In this document: positions 43,293 through 54,004 of the stretch, in pieces | How positions within the stretch are numbered: position 1 is the first letter of the stretch | Layout of the letters: each line of letters opens with the position of its first letter | NCBI GenBank assembly: GCA_963763065.1 | Contig: CAVXMY010000005.1 | Coordinates: forward strand, 42,031 to 106,030 | Direction of reading: 5' to 3' | DNA: 64,000 nt | From: an uncultured Actinomycetota bacterium | Lineage (GTDB): Bacteria; Actinomycetota; Actinomycetes; Propionibacteriales; Nocardioidaceae | Notes under the pieces: model-generated | Told to the model about the DNA's origin: nothing | The model's database searches: none | The model's input: the letters and a program-made list of their open reading frames with translations, nothing else | Made by a program: the position numbers and the translations under genes

Positions 43293-44687
43293 GCAGCTCC
43301 GAGCCGGGCGCGGTGCAGCGGGGACCGAGCGACGTCGCCGACCTCTCCCCGTTGGTGCGCAGCAAGGAGCAGCGCTCCTGGTACTGGTACGACTGGGCCA
43401 ACTCGGCCTACGTCACCACCACCGCGGCCGTGCTGTTCGCGCCGTACCTCACCACGGTCGCCACCCGGGCGGCCGGCTGCCAGGTCGGCGACGACGCGCC
43501 GGACTGCGAGAACAACCTCAGCGTGCTGGGACTCCCGCGTCTCCCCGGAGTCGCTGGTCTTCTACCTCGTCACCGTGGCGACCATCCTGTCCGCGCTCGT
43601 CCTGCCGGTCGTCGGCGCCGCCGCCGACAGGTCCCCGCGCAAGACCGCGCTGCTCGGCGGCTACGCCTGGGCAGGATCGGTCTTCGCCGGGCTGATGTTC
43701 TTCGTCGCAGGCAGCAACTGGCAGCTCGGTGCCGGCCTCCTCATCGGCGCGACGCTCTGCCTCGGCGCCTCCCTGGTCGTCTACGACGCCATCCTGTGCG
43801 AGGTCGCCACGCCGGACGAACGTGACCGCGTGTCGAGCCGGGGCTGGGCGCTGGGCTACCTCGGGGGCGGGATCCTGCTCGCGACCAACTTCGGGATGCT
43901 CTCCGTCATCGACGACACCGAGCTCGCGGTGCGCTTCTCGCTCCTGCTCGCGGCCATCTGGTGGGCGGCGTTCACGATCATCCCGGTCCGGGGCATCCGC
44001 AACCGGGTGCCGGTCTCGGTGGTGCCCGAGCCCGGAGGGCTGGTCCGCTCGAGCTTCGGCCAGCTGTGGGCGACGCTGCGTGACCTGCGCAACTTCCCCG
44101 TCACCCTGACGTTCCTGGTCGCCTACCTGTTCTACAACGACGGCATCCAGACGGTGATCTACGCCGCGTCCGTCTACGGCGAGCGCGAGCTCGGCTTCGA
44201 GGCCGCCACGGTGCTCTCGGCCTTCCTCGTGGTGCAGTTCGTCGGCGTCCTCGGCGCGCTGCTCTTCGGGCGGGTGGCGGGCCGTGTGGGTTCGCGGCGG
44301 GTCATCATGGCCGGCCTCGGGCTGTGGATCCTCATCGTCGCCGCGGGCTACTTCACCCCTGCCGGCAACTTCCCGCTCTTCCTCACCCTGGCGGCGGCGA
44401 TCGGCTTGGTCCTCGGCGGCACCCAGGCACTGTCACGCTCGTTCTTCAGCCTGCTCATCCCCCGCGGGCGCGAGGCGGAGTACTTCAGCCTCTACCAGGC
44501 GGCCGAGCGCGGCACCAGCTGGTTCGGCACGCTCATCTTCGGCCTGGTGCAGCAGGCCACGGGCAGCTACCGGCCGGCGCTGTTCGCACTGGCCGGCTTC
44601 TTCCTCGTCGGCCTCGTGCTCCTGGCGCTCGTGAAGCCGCGCAAGGGCATCGCGGAGGCGGGCAACGAGCAGCCCGCGGTGGTCTGA
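43289..44687 (+). CDS. MFS transporter, UMF1/Atg22 family (frameshift near 43540)
   Basis: WYWYDWANSAY, VSSRGWALGYLGG, YNDGIQTV, QALSRS. Confidence 0.92.
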
Positions 44688-44808
44688 GCCGTCGCCCGCA
44701 CCGGGTGCGCGGGACCACCGGTAGGTGTACGTGTGGACCCATCGGGCATCCTTGAGGGTGCAGTGTTGACAGGCCCGTCAGGGCGACATGACGTTTGAAG
44801 GAGACCCA

Positions 44809-45180
44809 ATGGCCGAGCGCACGCTACGCGGAGCTCGTCTCGGTGGTCAGAGCTTCGAGGACGAACGCGGTATCGAGTTCGCTGCCCGCCAGCGAGTGGC
44901 CTACGTCTGCCCCCAGGGACACACGTTCGAGATCCCGATGTCGGCCGAGGCGGACATCCCCGCCCTGTGGGAGTGCCCACGGTGCGGAGCCGAGTCCCTG
45001 GCCCGTGACACCGAGCGACCCGAGCCCAAGGCGGAGAAGCCTGTCCGCACCCACTGGGACATGCTGCTGGAGCGCCGCTCCGAGAAGGAGCTCGAGGAGA
45101 TCCTCGCCGAGCGCCTGGAGCTGCTGCGCGGTGGGGAGATCGGCCCCGCGCACCTGCACCGCAAGACCCGGTCGGCCTGA
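44809..45180 (+). CDS. rbpA: RNA polymerase-binding protein RbpA
   Basis: MAERTLRGARLG, YVCPQGH, WECPRCG, RTHWDMLLERRS. Confidence 0.97.
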   Translation: MAERTLRGARLGGQSFEDERGIEFAARQRVAYVCPQGHTFEIPMSAEADIPALWECPRCGAESLARDTERPEPKAEKPVRTHWDMLLERRSEKELEEILAERLELLRGGEIGPAHLHRKTRSA

Positions 45181-45196
45181 GCGCCGGCAGGTCGAC

Positions 45197-45680
45197 TCAC
45201 TCGATCACGTCGCCCCGCACGACCCTCGGGTCCTGCGGGGCGTCGTCGTCTCCGCGCGCCTGCCCGGAGGCGGTGGTCGCTGCGCGGCCCGGGGCCGACG
45301 ACCACCAGGCGGCGGGCGACCCAGCGGGTCAGCAGCCGCCGGGGCGCCGGCCGGGTGAAGGGCAGCACGCACACCAGGCCGACCAGGTCGGTGACGAACC
45401 CGGGCGTCAGCAGCAGGGTGCCGCCGACCAGGATCAGCGCGCCGTCGGCCAGCTCCCGGGACGGCACCCGCCCGGCCCGCAGCGCCTCGTTCAGCGCCCG
45501 CCAGGCCCGGCCACCCTCCCGCTTCATGAGCCACGCCCCGAGCACGCCGGCGGCGATGAGGAGCAGGATCGTCCACCACGGCCCGACAGCCTGCCCGAGC
45601 TGGACGATGAGGTAGACCTCGAGCAGGGGCATCGCCACGAAGAGCACGGCGAGCAGCCACCACGGGGCACGGCGTCTCAT
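45197..45680 (-). CDS. fxsA: FxsA family membrane protein (frameshift near 3' end)
   Basis: PLLEVYLIV...GGTLLLTPGFVTDLVG; C-terminal VVRGDVIE; next to rbpA. Confidence 0.88.
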
Positions 45681-46436
45681 CAGGCCGCTCCTCTCCGCGC
45701 ACGCAGTCGCCCGAGCCGCCGGTCGACGCCCCAGCGCGTGATCCGCCGCAGCGACTCCGACGCGATGCCCGCGTGCATCTTGGACTCCCCTCGCTCGCGC
45801 TCGAGGAACTCGATGGGCACCTCGCGCACGCGCAGCCCGGCGTCCAGGGTGCGCACCGTGAGGTCGGTCTGGAAGCAGTAGCCGACCGACTCGACCGTGC
45901 GGAGGTCGATCGCGCGCAGCGTGTCCGCCCGGAACAGCCGGTAGCCGGCGGTGATGTCGCGCACGGGCACGCCCAGGACCGTCCGCGCGTAGATGTTGCC
46001 GCCCACGGAGAGCGCCTTGCGGAACGCGCTCCAGTTGACGACGCTGCCTCCCGGCACCCACCGGGACCCGATGACCAGGTCGGCGTCGGCGAGGGCGGAG
46101 AGCAGCCGGTGGAGCTGCTCGGGCTGGTGCGAGCCGTCGGCGTCCATCTCGCCGATCGCGTCGTAGCCCTGCTCCAGGGCGATCGCCGAACCCGTGCAGG
46201 TACGCCGCGCCGAGGCCGGCCTTCTCCGTGCGGTGCACGACCTGCACCCGGTCGTCGGAGGCGGCCAACCGGTCCGCGATGTCTCCGGTGCCGTCCGGGG
46301 ACCCGTCGTCGACCACCATGACGTGGATCTCGGGCTGCGCCTCGAGCAGGCGCCGGACGATCCACTCCAGGTTGTCGGCCTCGTTGTAGGTGGGGACGAC
46401 CATGACCACCCGTCCCGGGCTCCCGGGCTCGCTCAC
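45680..46436 (-). CDS. ppm1: Polyprenol monophosphomannose synthase (frameshift near 46185)
   Basis: VPTYNE, VDDGSPDGT, MDADGSH, GYCFQ. Confidence 0.93.
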
Positions 46437-48055
46437 GCCTGCTCCCTCCGGTCGGGGACGGCCGCGCTCGGCACCGGCGCCGGATCCTCGGGGGCAGGGC
46501 GTCGTCGCCGGCGCACGACCGAGGCGACGACGGCGGCCACCGCGACCACAGCCAGGCCCCACCGGATCACCGGCGACCAGCGCATCGCGGGCGTGGTGGT
46601 GTCGGACAGGGCGATGGTCGCCTCCCAGACGCCGGTGGAGCGCACGGGGACGCGCTCCACGACCTGTCCGTCGGGAGCCACGAGGCCGGACAGCCCGTTG
46701 GTCGCCACCACGGCGACGTGACGGTCCGTCTCGAGGGCGCGCAGGCGGCTGATGGCGAACTGCTGGTCGACCTGCCCCGTGCCCATGTACGTCGCGTTGT
46801 TCGTCGGCACGACGAGGAGCTCGGCGCCGCCTCGGACCACGTCGCGCACCAGCCCGTCGTAGGCGACCTCGAAGCAGATCACGACGCCGAGGTCGACTCC
46901 GGCGACCTCGAGGTTGCCGGGCGAGGGGCCTGGCACCATGTCGCGCGGGATCTGGTCGAGGCGCTCGATGTACTCGGCGAGCATGTCGCGCATCGGGATG
47001 TACTCCCCGAAGGGCACCGGGTGCCGCTTGGAGTAGTGGTCGGCCGGCCCGGACCGGGGCAGCCACGCGATGCTCTGGTTCTCGACGTCGCCGGCCTCCT
47101 CGCCCTGGATCATCCCGCCCACCAGCACGGGGACGCCGACGGCGTCGACCGCTCCCTGGATGTCGGCGTAGACGGTCGGGTCGCCGAAGGGGTCGATGTC
47201 GGTGGAGTTCTCCGGCCACAGCACGAGGTCGGGGCGCGGCGTGCTGCCGGCGCGGACGCGGTCGGCGAGCCGGTGGGTCTCCCGGACGTGGTTGTCGAGC
47301 ACGGCCCGGCGCTCGGCGAAGGCGTCCATGCCCTCGCCGGGCACGTTGCCCTGGACGGCTGCGACCCGCACGGTCCGCACCCCGTCGGCTTCGCCCTCGG
47401 TCTCGGTCACCTCGTCGGTCACCGCCTCGCTGACGGTGTCGTGCCAGGGCCCCAGCTGGGCGAGCATGCCGCCGAGCACGGCCGCGGCGGCGATCCCGAC
47501 AGGGACGCCGAGCGCCGCGACCGGCCGCTCCCGCGCCGCCAGCACCGCCCAGGCCAGGCCGGCACCCAGCAGCGCCACCACGAACGACGTGCCGGCCGTG
47601 CCGATCACGGCCACCGTGGGCGCCAGCGGGGTGTCCACCGAGGCGAAGGCCAGCGTGCCCCACGGGAAGCCGCCCCACGGGACCACGCCCCGCAGGGTGT
47701 CCACGCCGACCCACACCGCCGCGGCCCACACCGGCCACCCTGGGAGCTCGCGCACCAGCCGCAGGCCCACCCCGAGCAACGCGTAGAACGACCCCTCGAG
47801 CAGCACCAGCCCGACCGCCACGTCGGCGCCGATGACGGAGATCCACCCGATGTGCAGCGCCATGAACGTCAGGCCGAAGGCGAGCCCCACGAGCGCCGCC
47901 CCGGTCCAGCGCGACCCGGTCGCCGGCGGCACGGCGAGCACGAGGGCGGCGACGGCGAACGGGAGGAGGTAGGGCAGGTCTGCCGGCGGGAACGACAGCG
48001 CCGCGACCGCTCCGGCCAAGGCGGCGACGACGCCACGGATCACGGTCGACCTCAC
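46433..48055 (-). CDS. lnt: Apolipoprotein N-acyltransferase
   Basis: PWGGFPWG, QGNV, WPENS, KRHPVPFGEY, ICFEV, PTNNA. Confidence 0.95.
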   Translation of the reverse strand: MRSTVIRGVVAALAGAVAALSFPPADLPYLLPFAVAALVLAVPPATGSRWTGAALVGLAFGLTFMALHIGWISVIGADVAVGLVLLEGSFYALLGVGLRLVRELPGWPVWAAAVWVGVDTLRGVVPWGGFPWGTLAFASVDTPLAPTVAVIGTAGTSFVVALLGAGLAWAVLAARERPVAALGVPVGIAAAAVLGGMLAQLGPWHDTVSEAVTDEVTETEGEADGVRTVRVAAVQGNVPGEGMDAFAERRAVLDNHVRETHRLADRVRAGSTPRPDLVLWPENSTDIDPFGDPTVYADIQGAVDAVGVPVLVGGMIQGEEAGDVENQSIAWLPRSGPADHYSKRHPVPFGEYIPMRDMLAEYIERLDQIPRDMVPGPSPGNLEVAGVDLGVVICFEVAYDGLVRDVVRGGAELLVVPTNNATYMGTGQVDQQFAISRLRALETDRHVAVVATNGLSGLVAPDGQVVERVPVRSTGVWEATIALSDTTTPAMRWSPVIRWGLAVVAVAAVVASVVRRRRRPAPEDPAPVPSAAVPDRREQA

Positions 48056-48167
48056 CGGCCCAACCTATCGCCGAGCGCCAGCGAGGAGGGCGAGGTGCGG
48101 TCGAGCGGCTCGAGACCCGCCGGCCTGCCGGCCGATGGAGCCACCTCACCTGGACAGGAGCGCCAGA

Positions 48168-48373
48168 GAGGTCCGGAGCCCTTCGGACCGACGACGCTCA
48201 CGCCGGTTGCGTGAGTCGCCCGTCGTTGTCTACTGGGCGCCGGACCTCTCCGGTGTGCCAACCCCGTGGTCAGAGGAGTCGCGCGGGCCGGCGGATCCTC
48301 TTCGGGTGTGGCACCCACCCGAGACTCTCCGCCACCTCGTCGCGCTCGCCTGACTGCGGCCTGCTCGGTGGAC
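48168..48373 (-). ncRNA. Candidate structured small RNA or leader
   Basis: Own promoter, internal hairpins (TCGGGTG...CACCCGA), terminal stems at 48170-48225, no convincing ORF. Confidence 0.4.
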
Positions 48374-48379
48374 ACGGAG

Positions 48380-48408
48380 ACTGTGCCCGCGCTGGGTAAA
48401 GTCGTCAA
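48380..48408 (-). promoter_or_regulatory. SigA-type promoter
   Basis: TTGACG-17 nt-CACAGT. Confidence 0.55.
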
Positions 48409-48493
48409 CCACTCGCTGACCTGCTGATTTGCCGAAACGCGCAGGTCAGGCCGTGTGATGCCGGTCACCAGAAATTTTCAGGAAGTTCACCTG

Positions 48494-48916
48494 TCACGGC
48501 GTGTCGGGAGCGACACGCCGTATTGGAACGATCACGACACCTCGAGCAGTGGTCGCGACCACCGGCTGGTCCAGCATCCGCGCCGCCGACGCACCCAGGT
48601 CGGGCCGGCCCCGTCCGACCACCCGGAGGGTGAAGTCGAGGGTGCGCGAACGGTTGCCGACCCGCACCAGCTCCGCGGTCACCTCCACGATGTCGCCGGC
48701 CCTGACAGGTGCCGTGAACTGCACGTCGGAGTAGGAGGCGAAGAGCCCCTCGTCGCCGTCGGTGCGCACGCACATCTCCGTGGCCGCGTCGCCGAACAGT
48801 CCCAGGCCGTAGGCCCCGTCGACGAGGTCACCGGCGTAGTGGGCGTGGGAGTGGGGCACGTAGCGCCGGTGCGTCACCACGAGGCCCTCCTGCGGCGTGG
48901 GCAGCTCCTCATCCAT
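48494..48916 (-). CDS. kal: 3-aminobutyryl-CoA ammonia-lyase (hotdog fold)
   Basis: AHYAGDLVDGA, DGDEGLF, FTAPVRAGD, GNRSR. Confidence 0.88.
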   Translation of the reverse strand: MDEELPTPQEGLVVTHRRYVPHSHAHYAGDLVDGAYGLGLFGDAATEMCVRTDGDEGLFASYSDVQFTAPVRAGDIVEVTAELVRVGNRSRTLDFTLRVVGRGRPDLGASAARMLDQPVVATTARGVVIVPIRRVAPDTP

Positions 48917-49763
48917 CGGTCGTGGCCTCCCTGCTCGGGTCCTGCGGCTCCTGGCCCGTTTCCTGAGCCGTTTCCTGGGCCGCCTCCTGGCGTTGCGCCA
49001 GGCGGGCGACCAGGAAGGATGCCACGTCGGCGGGCGTGGTGCCGCGGCTGAAGACGCGGTCGACGCCGAGCTCGGCGGTCATCGCCTCGTCGAAGCGGGG
49101 TCCGCCCACCACGAGCAGCGGCCGCCGGGCCGAGGGGTAGGCCTCCCGGAAGGCCGCTGCCATCTCCTGGGTGTTGAGCAGGTGCGCGTCGCGCTGGGTG
49201 ACCACCTGGGAGACGAGCACCGCGTCCGCGCCCTCCTCCTGCGCAGCCGCGACCAGCTGCGGCACGGAGACCTGGGCCCCGAGGTTGACCACCTTGATCT
49301 CGCGGTAGTACTCCAGCCCCTTCTCGCCGGCGAAGCCCTTGATGTTGAGGATCGCGTCGATCCCGACGGTGTGGGCGTCGGTGCCGATGCACGCGCCGAC
49401 GACGACCAGGCGTCGCTGCAGCAGCGCCCGGATCGCCTGGTTGGCCTCCGACGGCGTGAGCAGCGGGTAGTCGCGCTCCACCACGTGCACCTTGTCGAGC
49501 TCGACGAGGTGCTGGACGCGGCCGTAGACGATGACGAAGGTGAAGTCGGGTCCCATCGGCTTGGCGTGCACGACCATCGCCGGCGACATGCCCATCTTGG
49601 TGGCCAGCTGCTGGGCGGCCCCCTCGGCGAGCTTCGAGTGCGGCATCGGGAGCGTGAAGGACAGCTGCACCATGCCGTCGCCGGTGGTGTCGCCGTAGGG
49701 CCGCAGCACCCGGCCGCCGGCCGACCCACCGTCGGTCACCGCCCCACCGTCGGTCACCGCCAC
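48909..49763 (-). CDS. kamE: Lysine 5,6-aminomutase beta subunit (cobalamin-binding)
   Basis: RPYGDTTGDGMVQLSFTLP, DAHTVGIDAILNIKGFAG. Confidence 0.93.
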   Translation of the reverse strand: MAVTDGGAVTDGGSAGGRVLRPYGDTTGDGMVQLSFTLPMPHSKLAEGAAQQLATKMGMSPAMVVHAKPMGPDFTFVIVYGRVQHLVELDKVHVVERDYPLLTPSEANQAIRALLQRRLVVVGACIGTDAHTVGIDAILNIKGFAGEKGLEYYREIKVVNLGAQVSVPQLVAAAQEEGADAVLVSQVVTQRDAHLLNTQEMAAAFREAYPSARRPLLVVGGPRFDEAMTAELGVDRVFSRGTTPADVASFLVARLAQRQEAAQETAQETGQEPQDPSREATTDG

Positions 49764-49790
49764 CGTCGGTCGAGCCTGTCGAGACCCCGC

Positions 49791-51362
49791 TCATCCCCCC
49801 ACCTCCAGCAGCTCGACCGCGGGGTTGAAGAACGCCTCTGAGCGCTCCGCGACGCCCTCCAGCCCCCGCCCGCCCGTGGGGGGACGGCGCATGGTGCCGA
49901 AGGTGCCGTCGGCGATCGCCGCGAGCAGGGGTGGGTGGCCAGTCTCGTCGGAGTCGGAGGCGATCCGCTGCAGCAGGGTGATGGCCTCCTCGAGCACCTG
50001 GTTGGCGCGGGAGGCGATGAAGCCCCCCGGCTCCGGCCGGAAGTCCTCGTGCAGCCGCCCGGCGGCCTCCATGACGTAGCGGACGTTCTGCAGGGCGAGG
50101 TCACGGTCGGAGAGCCAGGGCGTCACCACGGCCTCGGTCATCATCCCGACCAGCAGGATGCCCTGGCCGGTCAGCGCGCCCGCCAGGTTGAAGAACGCGT
50201 CGAGGAGGTAGCCGCGGAAGATGTCGCCCGTCATGTGCCGGGTGGGGGGCATCCACTTGAGCGGCGCGTCGGGGAAGAGCTGGCGGGCCAGCAGCGCATG
50301 CGCCAGCTCCAGGCGGAACGAGTCGGGGACGGCGGGATCGATCTCGAAGGCGTGGCCCAGACCCAGCTGCCAGTCGGCGAGCCCGGCCTCCTTGGCGAAG
50401 TACTCGTTGAGGAGCTGGCTCACGGTCACCGTGTGGGCTGCCTCGACGGCGTCCGCGGTGGTGAGGTAGTTGTCCTCACCGGTGTTGATGATGATCCCGG
50501 CCCGCGCGTGCACCTGACGGCTGAAGCGCTGGTCGACGAAGGTCCGGATCGGGTTGATGTCGCGGAAGAGGATCCCGTACATCGAGTCGTTGAGCATCAT
50601 GTCGAGGCGCTCGAGCCCGGCCATGGTCGCCATCTCGGGCATGCACAGCCCGGAGGCATAGTTCGTGAGCCGCACGTAGCGCCCGAGCTCGCGGCTGGTC
50701 TCGTCGAGAGCGGCGCGCATCAACCGGAAGTTCTCCTGCGTCGCGTAGGTGCCGGCGAAGCCCTCGCGCGTGGCGCCCTCCGGGACGAAGTCGAGCAGCG
50801 ACTGCCCGGTCGAGCGGATCACCGCGATGACGTCCGCGCCGGCTCGGGCGGCCGCCTGCGCCTGCGGGATGTCCTCGTAGATGTCGCCGGTGGCGACGAT
50901 CAGGTAGATCCACGGCTTCCGGGGCGGGTCGCCCAGCTCGTCGACGAGCTGCTCGCGCTCCTTGCGGCGCGCGTCCACCAGGTCGAGGCCGCGCCCGACG
51001 GCTGCGGTGGCCGCCTCGCGGGCCCGGGACGCCTCGGCGGCCCCCGGCAGGCCGAAGCGCACGTCCCCGGCGGCAGCCCGCTGCGCGAGCGCTGTCAGGT
51101 CTCCACCGTCGCGGTGCAGGGCCGCCCACACCGGGAGTGCCACCCCGTGCTCGATCCCCGCGTCGGCACGCACGGCGTCGACGAGGTGGTTGACCCAGGG
51201 CGTGCCGTCCGGGTCGGCGCCGGTCAGCCCCGCCAGGCGCAGCGTGGCGCGCTCCACCGAGACGGTGGTGTGGCGGCGGGCGAGGTCGACGATCGGGCGT
51301 CCGACGGTGGCGGCGAGGCGACGTGCCTCCTCCGCGCGGGCCGGGTCGATCAGCACGCTCAC
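49791..51362 (-). CDS. kamD: Lysine 5,6-aminomutase alpha subunit
   Basis: HTTVSVERA, YLIVATGDIYED, RSTGQSLLD, NYASGLCMPE, INTGEDNYLTT. Confidence 0.95.
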   Translation of the reverse strand: MSVLIDPARAEEARRLAATVGRPIVDLARRHTTVSVERATLRLAGLTGADPDGTPWVNHLVDAVRADAGIEHGVALPVWAALHRDGGDLTALAQRAAAGDVRFGLPGAAEASRAREAATAAVGRGLDLVDARRKEREQLVDELGDPPRKPWIYLIVATGDIYEDIPQAQAAARAGADVIAVIRSTGQSLLDFVPEGATREGFAGTYATQENFRLMRAALDETSRELGRYVRLTNYASGLCMPEMATMAGLERLDMMLNDSMYGILFRDINPIRTFVDQRFSRQVHARAGIIINTGEDNYLTTADAVEAAHTVTVSQLLNEYFAKEAGLADWQLGLGHAFEIDPAVPDSFRLELAHALLARQLFPDAPLKWMPPTRHMTGDIFRGYLLDAFFNLAGALTGQGILLVGMMTEAVVTPWLSDRDLALQNVRYVMEAAGRLHEDFRPEPGGFIASRANQVLEEAITLLQRIASDSDETGHPPLLAAIADGTFGTMRRPPTGGRGLEGVAERSEAFFNPAVELLEVGG

Positions 51363-51385
51363 GTGACCATCCTCCTCGCCGCGCC

Positions 51386-52429
51386 TCACAGCCGCCGCTC
51401 GAACAGCGACCGCACGCCGGCGTCCTCGCGCAGCAGCTGCAGCGCGAGCTCCGCATGCCCGGGCACGAACCCGTTGCCGATGAGCATCGTCACGTCGGCA
51501 GCGAGACCCTCGGCCCCCAGGGCAGCGGCCGAGAACGACGTCGCCATGGAGAAGAAGACCACCGTGCCGCCGTCTCCGGTGGCGAGGATCGCCCCGCCCT
51601 CGCAACCGGGCACATCGACGCACACCACGGTCACGTCGGCCGGGCGGCCCAGCGCCCCGTGGACGGCGTCGCGCAGCGCGACCGGGTCGCGGGCATCGGC
51701 GATGCGGACGTCGTCGGCGAGCCCGGCACCTGCCAGCAGGTCGGCCTCGTCCTGGTGCGGCACGACCCCCACCGTGGCCACGGCGCCCGAGCGCCGGGCG
51801 GCGGCCAGCGCGAGCGACCCGGACTTGCCGGCGCCCCCCACGACCGCGACGGCCGGCGGGCGTCCCTGGGCGGCGTACTGCCCCACGACGCGGGCGGTCA
51901 GCGCCGGGGCGCCGCAGACGTCCATGACGGCGAGCGAGAGAGCGGGGTCGAGGTCGTCGGGGACGGGTGCGACGACGGACCGGGCGAAGAGGATGGCGTG
52001 TCCGTCGGTGGGCACCTGCTCGCCGCTGCCGCCCCAGCGGGCGAGCCCGTCGTCGATGACCAGCGGCGTGAGGCTCAGCGACACCAGCGTCGCGACACGA
52101 TCACCCACAGCGAGGCCGAGCGGGCTGGCCGGGCCCACCTCGTCGACCGTGCCGACGAGCATCCCTCCCGACCCGGTGACGGGGTTCTGCATCTTGCCCC
52201 GCTCGGCGACGATCTCGAGGACCGCCGCCCGGAGGCGGTCGGGGTCGCGGTGCTGCTCGCGCAGCTGGCGGTACGACGCGGCGTCGAGGTTGAGCCGCTC
52301 GACCCGCACCCGCACCTCGTCGGGCCAGATCTCGCGGCGGGCGTCGAGCCGCCGGGCCGCCTGCGGGAGGACACCACGGGGCTCGAGGACGCGGTGAAGC
52401 CCGACCGGATCACTGGTCTGCGGCGCCAA
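51386..52429 (-). CDS. kdd: L-erythro-3,5-diaminohexanoate dehydrogenase
   Basis: GLHRVLEP, LNLDAAS, RGKMQNPVTGSGGM, DVCGAP, FFSMATSF. Confidence 0.93.
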   Translation of the reverse strand: MAPQTSDPVGLHRVLEPRGVLPQAARRLDARREIWPDEVRVRVERLNLDAASYRQLREQHRDPDRLRAAVLEIVAERGKMQNPVTGSGGMLVGTVDEVGPASPLGLAVGDRVATLVSLSLTPLVIDDGLARWGGSGEQVPTDGHAILFARSVVAPVPDDLDPALSLAVMDVCGAPALTARVVGQYAAQGRPPAVAVVGGAGKSGSLALAAARRSGAVATVGVVPHQDEADLLAGAGLADDVRIADARDPVALRDAVHGALGRPADVTVVCVDVPGCEGGAILATGDGGTVVFFSMATSFSAAALGAEGLAADVTMLIGNGFVPGHAELALQLLREDAGVRSLFERRL

Positions 52430-52591
52430 TTCTCTGCCCCCTTCCCGATACAGCGACAAAACTTGCGGCGTGGTGTTCGACAAGCAGGATGATCTCTGCC
52501 TACTCTGGCAGAGGGTCGTTCCGGTCACAACCGGACACGCCCGCACGTCCGAGCAGTCGAGCTGCGGCGAAGGCCGCCGGAGGAGCCTCCC

Positions 52592-54001
52592 GTGACGACG
52601 GAGACCACCCGCCCGACAGGTGCCGCCCGCACGCCGGCGGCCGACCTGCACCAGCCCTACGACTACCGCCGCGCCGAGCTGGTCGAGCCCGACTGGACGC
52701 GGTTCCCGGGCTGGGCCGACGTGACCACGGAGCAGTGGGAGTCCGCCCAGTGGCAGCGGGCCCACTGCGTCAAGAACCTCAAGCAGCTGCGGGCCCTCAT
52801 GGGCGACCTGCTCGACGACTCCGTCTACGACGACCTCGAGCGCGACCAGCAGCAGCGGGCCACGATGTCGATGCTCGTGCCCCCGCAGATGATGAACACG
52901 ATGATGCCCGACGTGGCGCCGCACGGTGCCGGGTCGCTGACCGACGCCTTCTACGCCGACCCGATCCGGCGCTACATGATCCCGGTCCTGAGCGACCGGC
53001 GTACCGACTGGCCGTCCCACCCGCACGCCACCCGCGACTCCCTGCACGAGCACGACATGTGGGTGGCGGAGGGGCTGACCCACCGCTACCCCACCAAGGT
53101 GCTGGCCGAGCTGCTGCCGACGTGCCCGCAGTACTGCGGCCACTGCACGCGCATGGACCTGGTCGGCAACTCCACCCCCTCGGTCGACAAGCTCAAGTTC
53201 GAGCTGAAGCCGGTCGACCGGCTCGACTCGATGATGGGCTACCTCCGCAGCCACCCCGAGGTGCGCGACGTCGTGGTGTCCGGCGGCGACGTCGCGAACA
53301 TGCCGTGGGCGCGGCTCGAGGACTTCCTGACCCGCGTCCTGGAGATCGACAACATCCGCGACGTGCGGCTGGCCACCAAGGCGCTGATGGGCCTGCCACA
53401 GCACTGGCTGCAGCCCGAGGTCGTCGACGGCGTGGGCCGGATGTCGCGCCTGGCGCGCTCACGCGGCGTCTCGCTCGCGATCCACACCCACGTCAACCAC
53501 GGCAACTCGGTGACACCGCTGGTGGCGCGGGCTGCGGCGGCGATGTTCGACGCAGGCGTGCGCGACGTGCGTAACCAGGGCGTGCTGATGAACGGTGTCA
53601 ACACCGACCCCCACCAGCTGCTCGACCTGTGCTTCCGGCTGCTCGACGGCGCCCAGGTCATGCCCTACTACTTCTACATGTGCGACATGATCCCCAACGC
53701 CGAGCACTGGCGGGTCTCCGTCGCTCAGGCCCAGGAGCTGCAGCACTGGATGATGGGCTACCTCCCCGGCTTCGCCACGCCGCGCATCGTCTGCGACGTC
53801 CCCTTCGTCGGCAAGCGCTGGGTGCACCAGGTCGCCGAGTACGACCGGGAGCGCGGCATCACCTACTGGACGAAGAACTACCGCACCTCGATCGAGCAGT
53901 CCGACCCCGAGGCCCTCTCCCGCACCTACGAGTACTACGACCCGATCCACACGCTGCCGCCCGCCGGCCAGCACTGGTGGACCACCCACGCGGGCGCCTG
54001 A
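52592..54001 (+). CDS. kamA: Lysine 2,3-aminomutase (radical SAM)
   Basis: EGLTHRYPTK, CPQYCGHCTR, SGGD, NQGVL, PYYFY, VGKRW. Confidence 0.94.
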   Translation: MTTETTRPTGAARTPAADLHQPYDYRRAELVEPDWTRFPGWADVTTEQWESAQWQRAHCVKNLKQLRALMGDLLDDSVYDDLERDQQQRATMSMLVPPQMMNTMMPDVAPHGAGSLTDAFYADPIRRYMIPVLSDRRTDWPSHPHATRDSLHEHDMWVAEGLTHRYPTKVLAELLPTCPQYCGHCTRMDLVGNSTPSVDKLKFELKPVDRLDSMMGYLRSHPEVRDVVVSGGDVANMPWARLEDFLTRVLEIDNIRDVRLATKALMGLPQHWLQPEVVDGVGRMSRLARSRGVSLAIHTHVNHGNSVTPLVARAAAAMFDAGVRDVRNQGVLMNGVNTDPHQLLDLCFRLLDGAQVMPYYFYMCDMIPNAEHWRVSVAQAQELQHWMMGYLPGFATPRIVCDVPFVGKRWVHQVAEYDRERGITYWTKNYRTSIEQSDPEALSRTYEYYDPIHTLPPAGQHWWTTHAGA

Positions 54002-54004
54002 CCT

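Noticed and set aside
44901-48149. 1082-aa ORF spanning lnt, ppm1 and fxsA, and other long antisense ORFs such as 916-4185
   Set aside because: Shadow or frame-merged ORFs typical of high-GC DNA, rich in Arg, Pro and Gly, with no independent motifs.
49722-49770. Short repeat GTGACCGACGGTGG at the kamE start
   Set aside because: An 18-bp in-frame duplication in a variable N-terminus with no sign of a separate function.
52430-52591. Lysine riboswitch between kdd and kamA
   Set aside because: No L-box consensus; only a short CTCTGCC-N6-GGCAGAG palindrome of unknown role.
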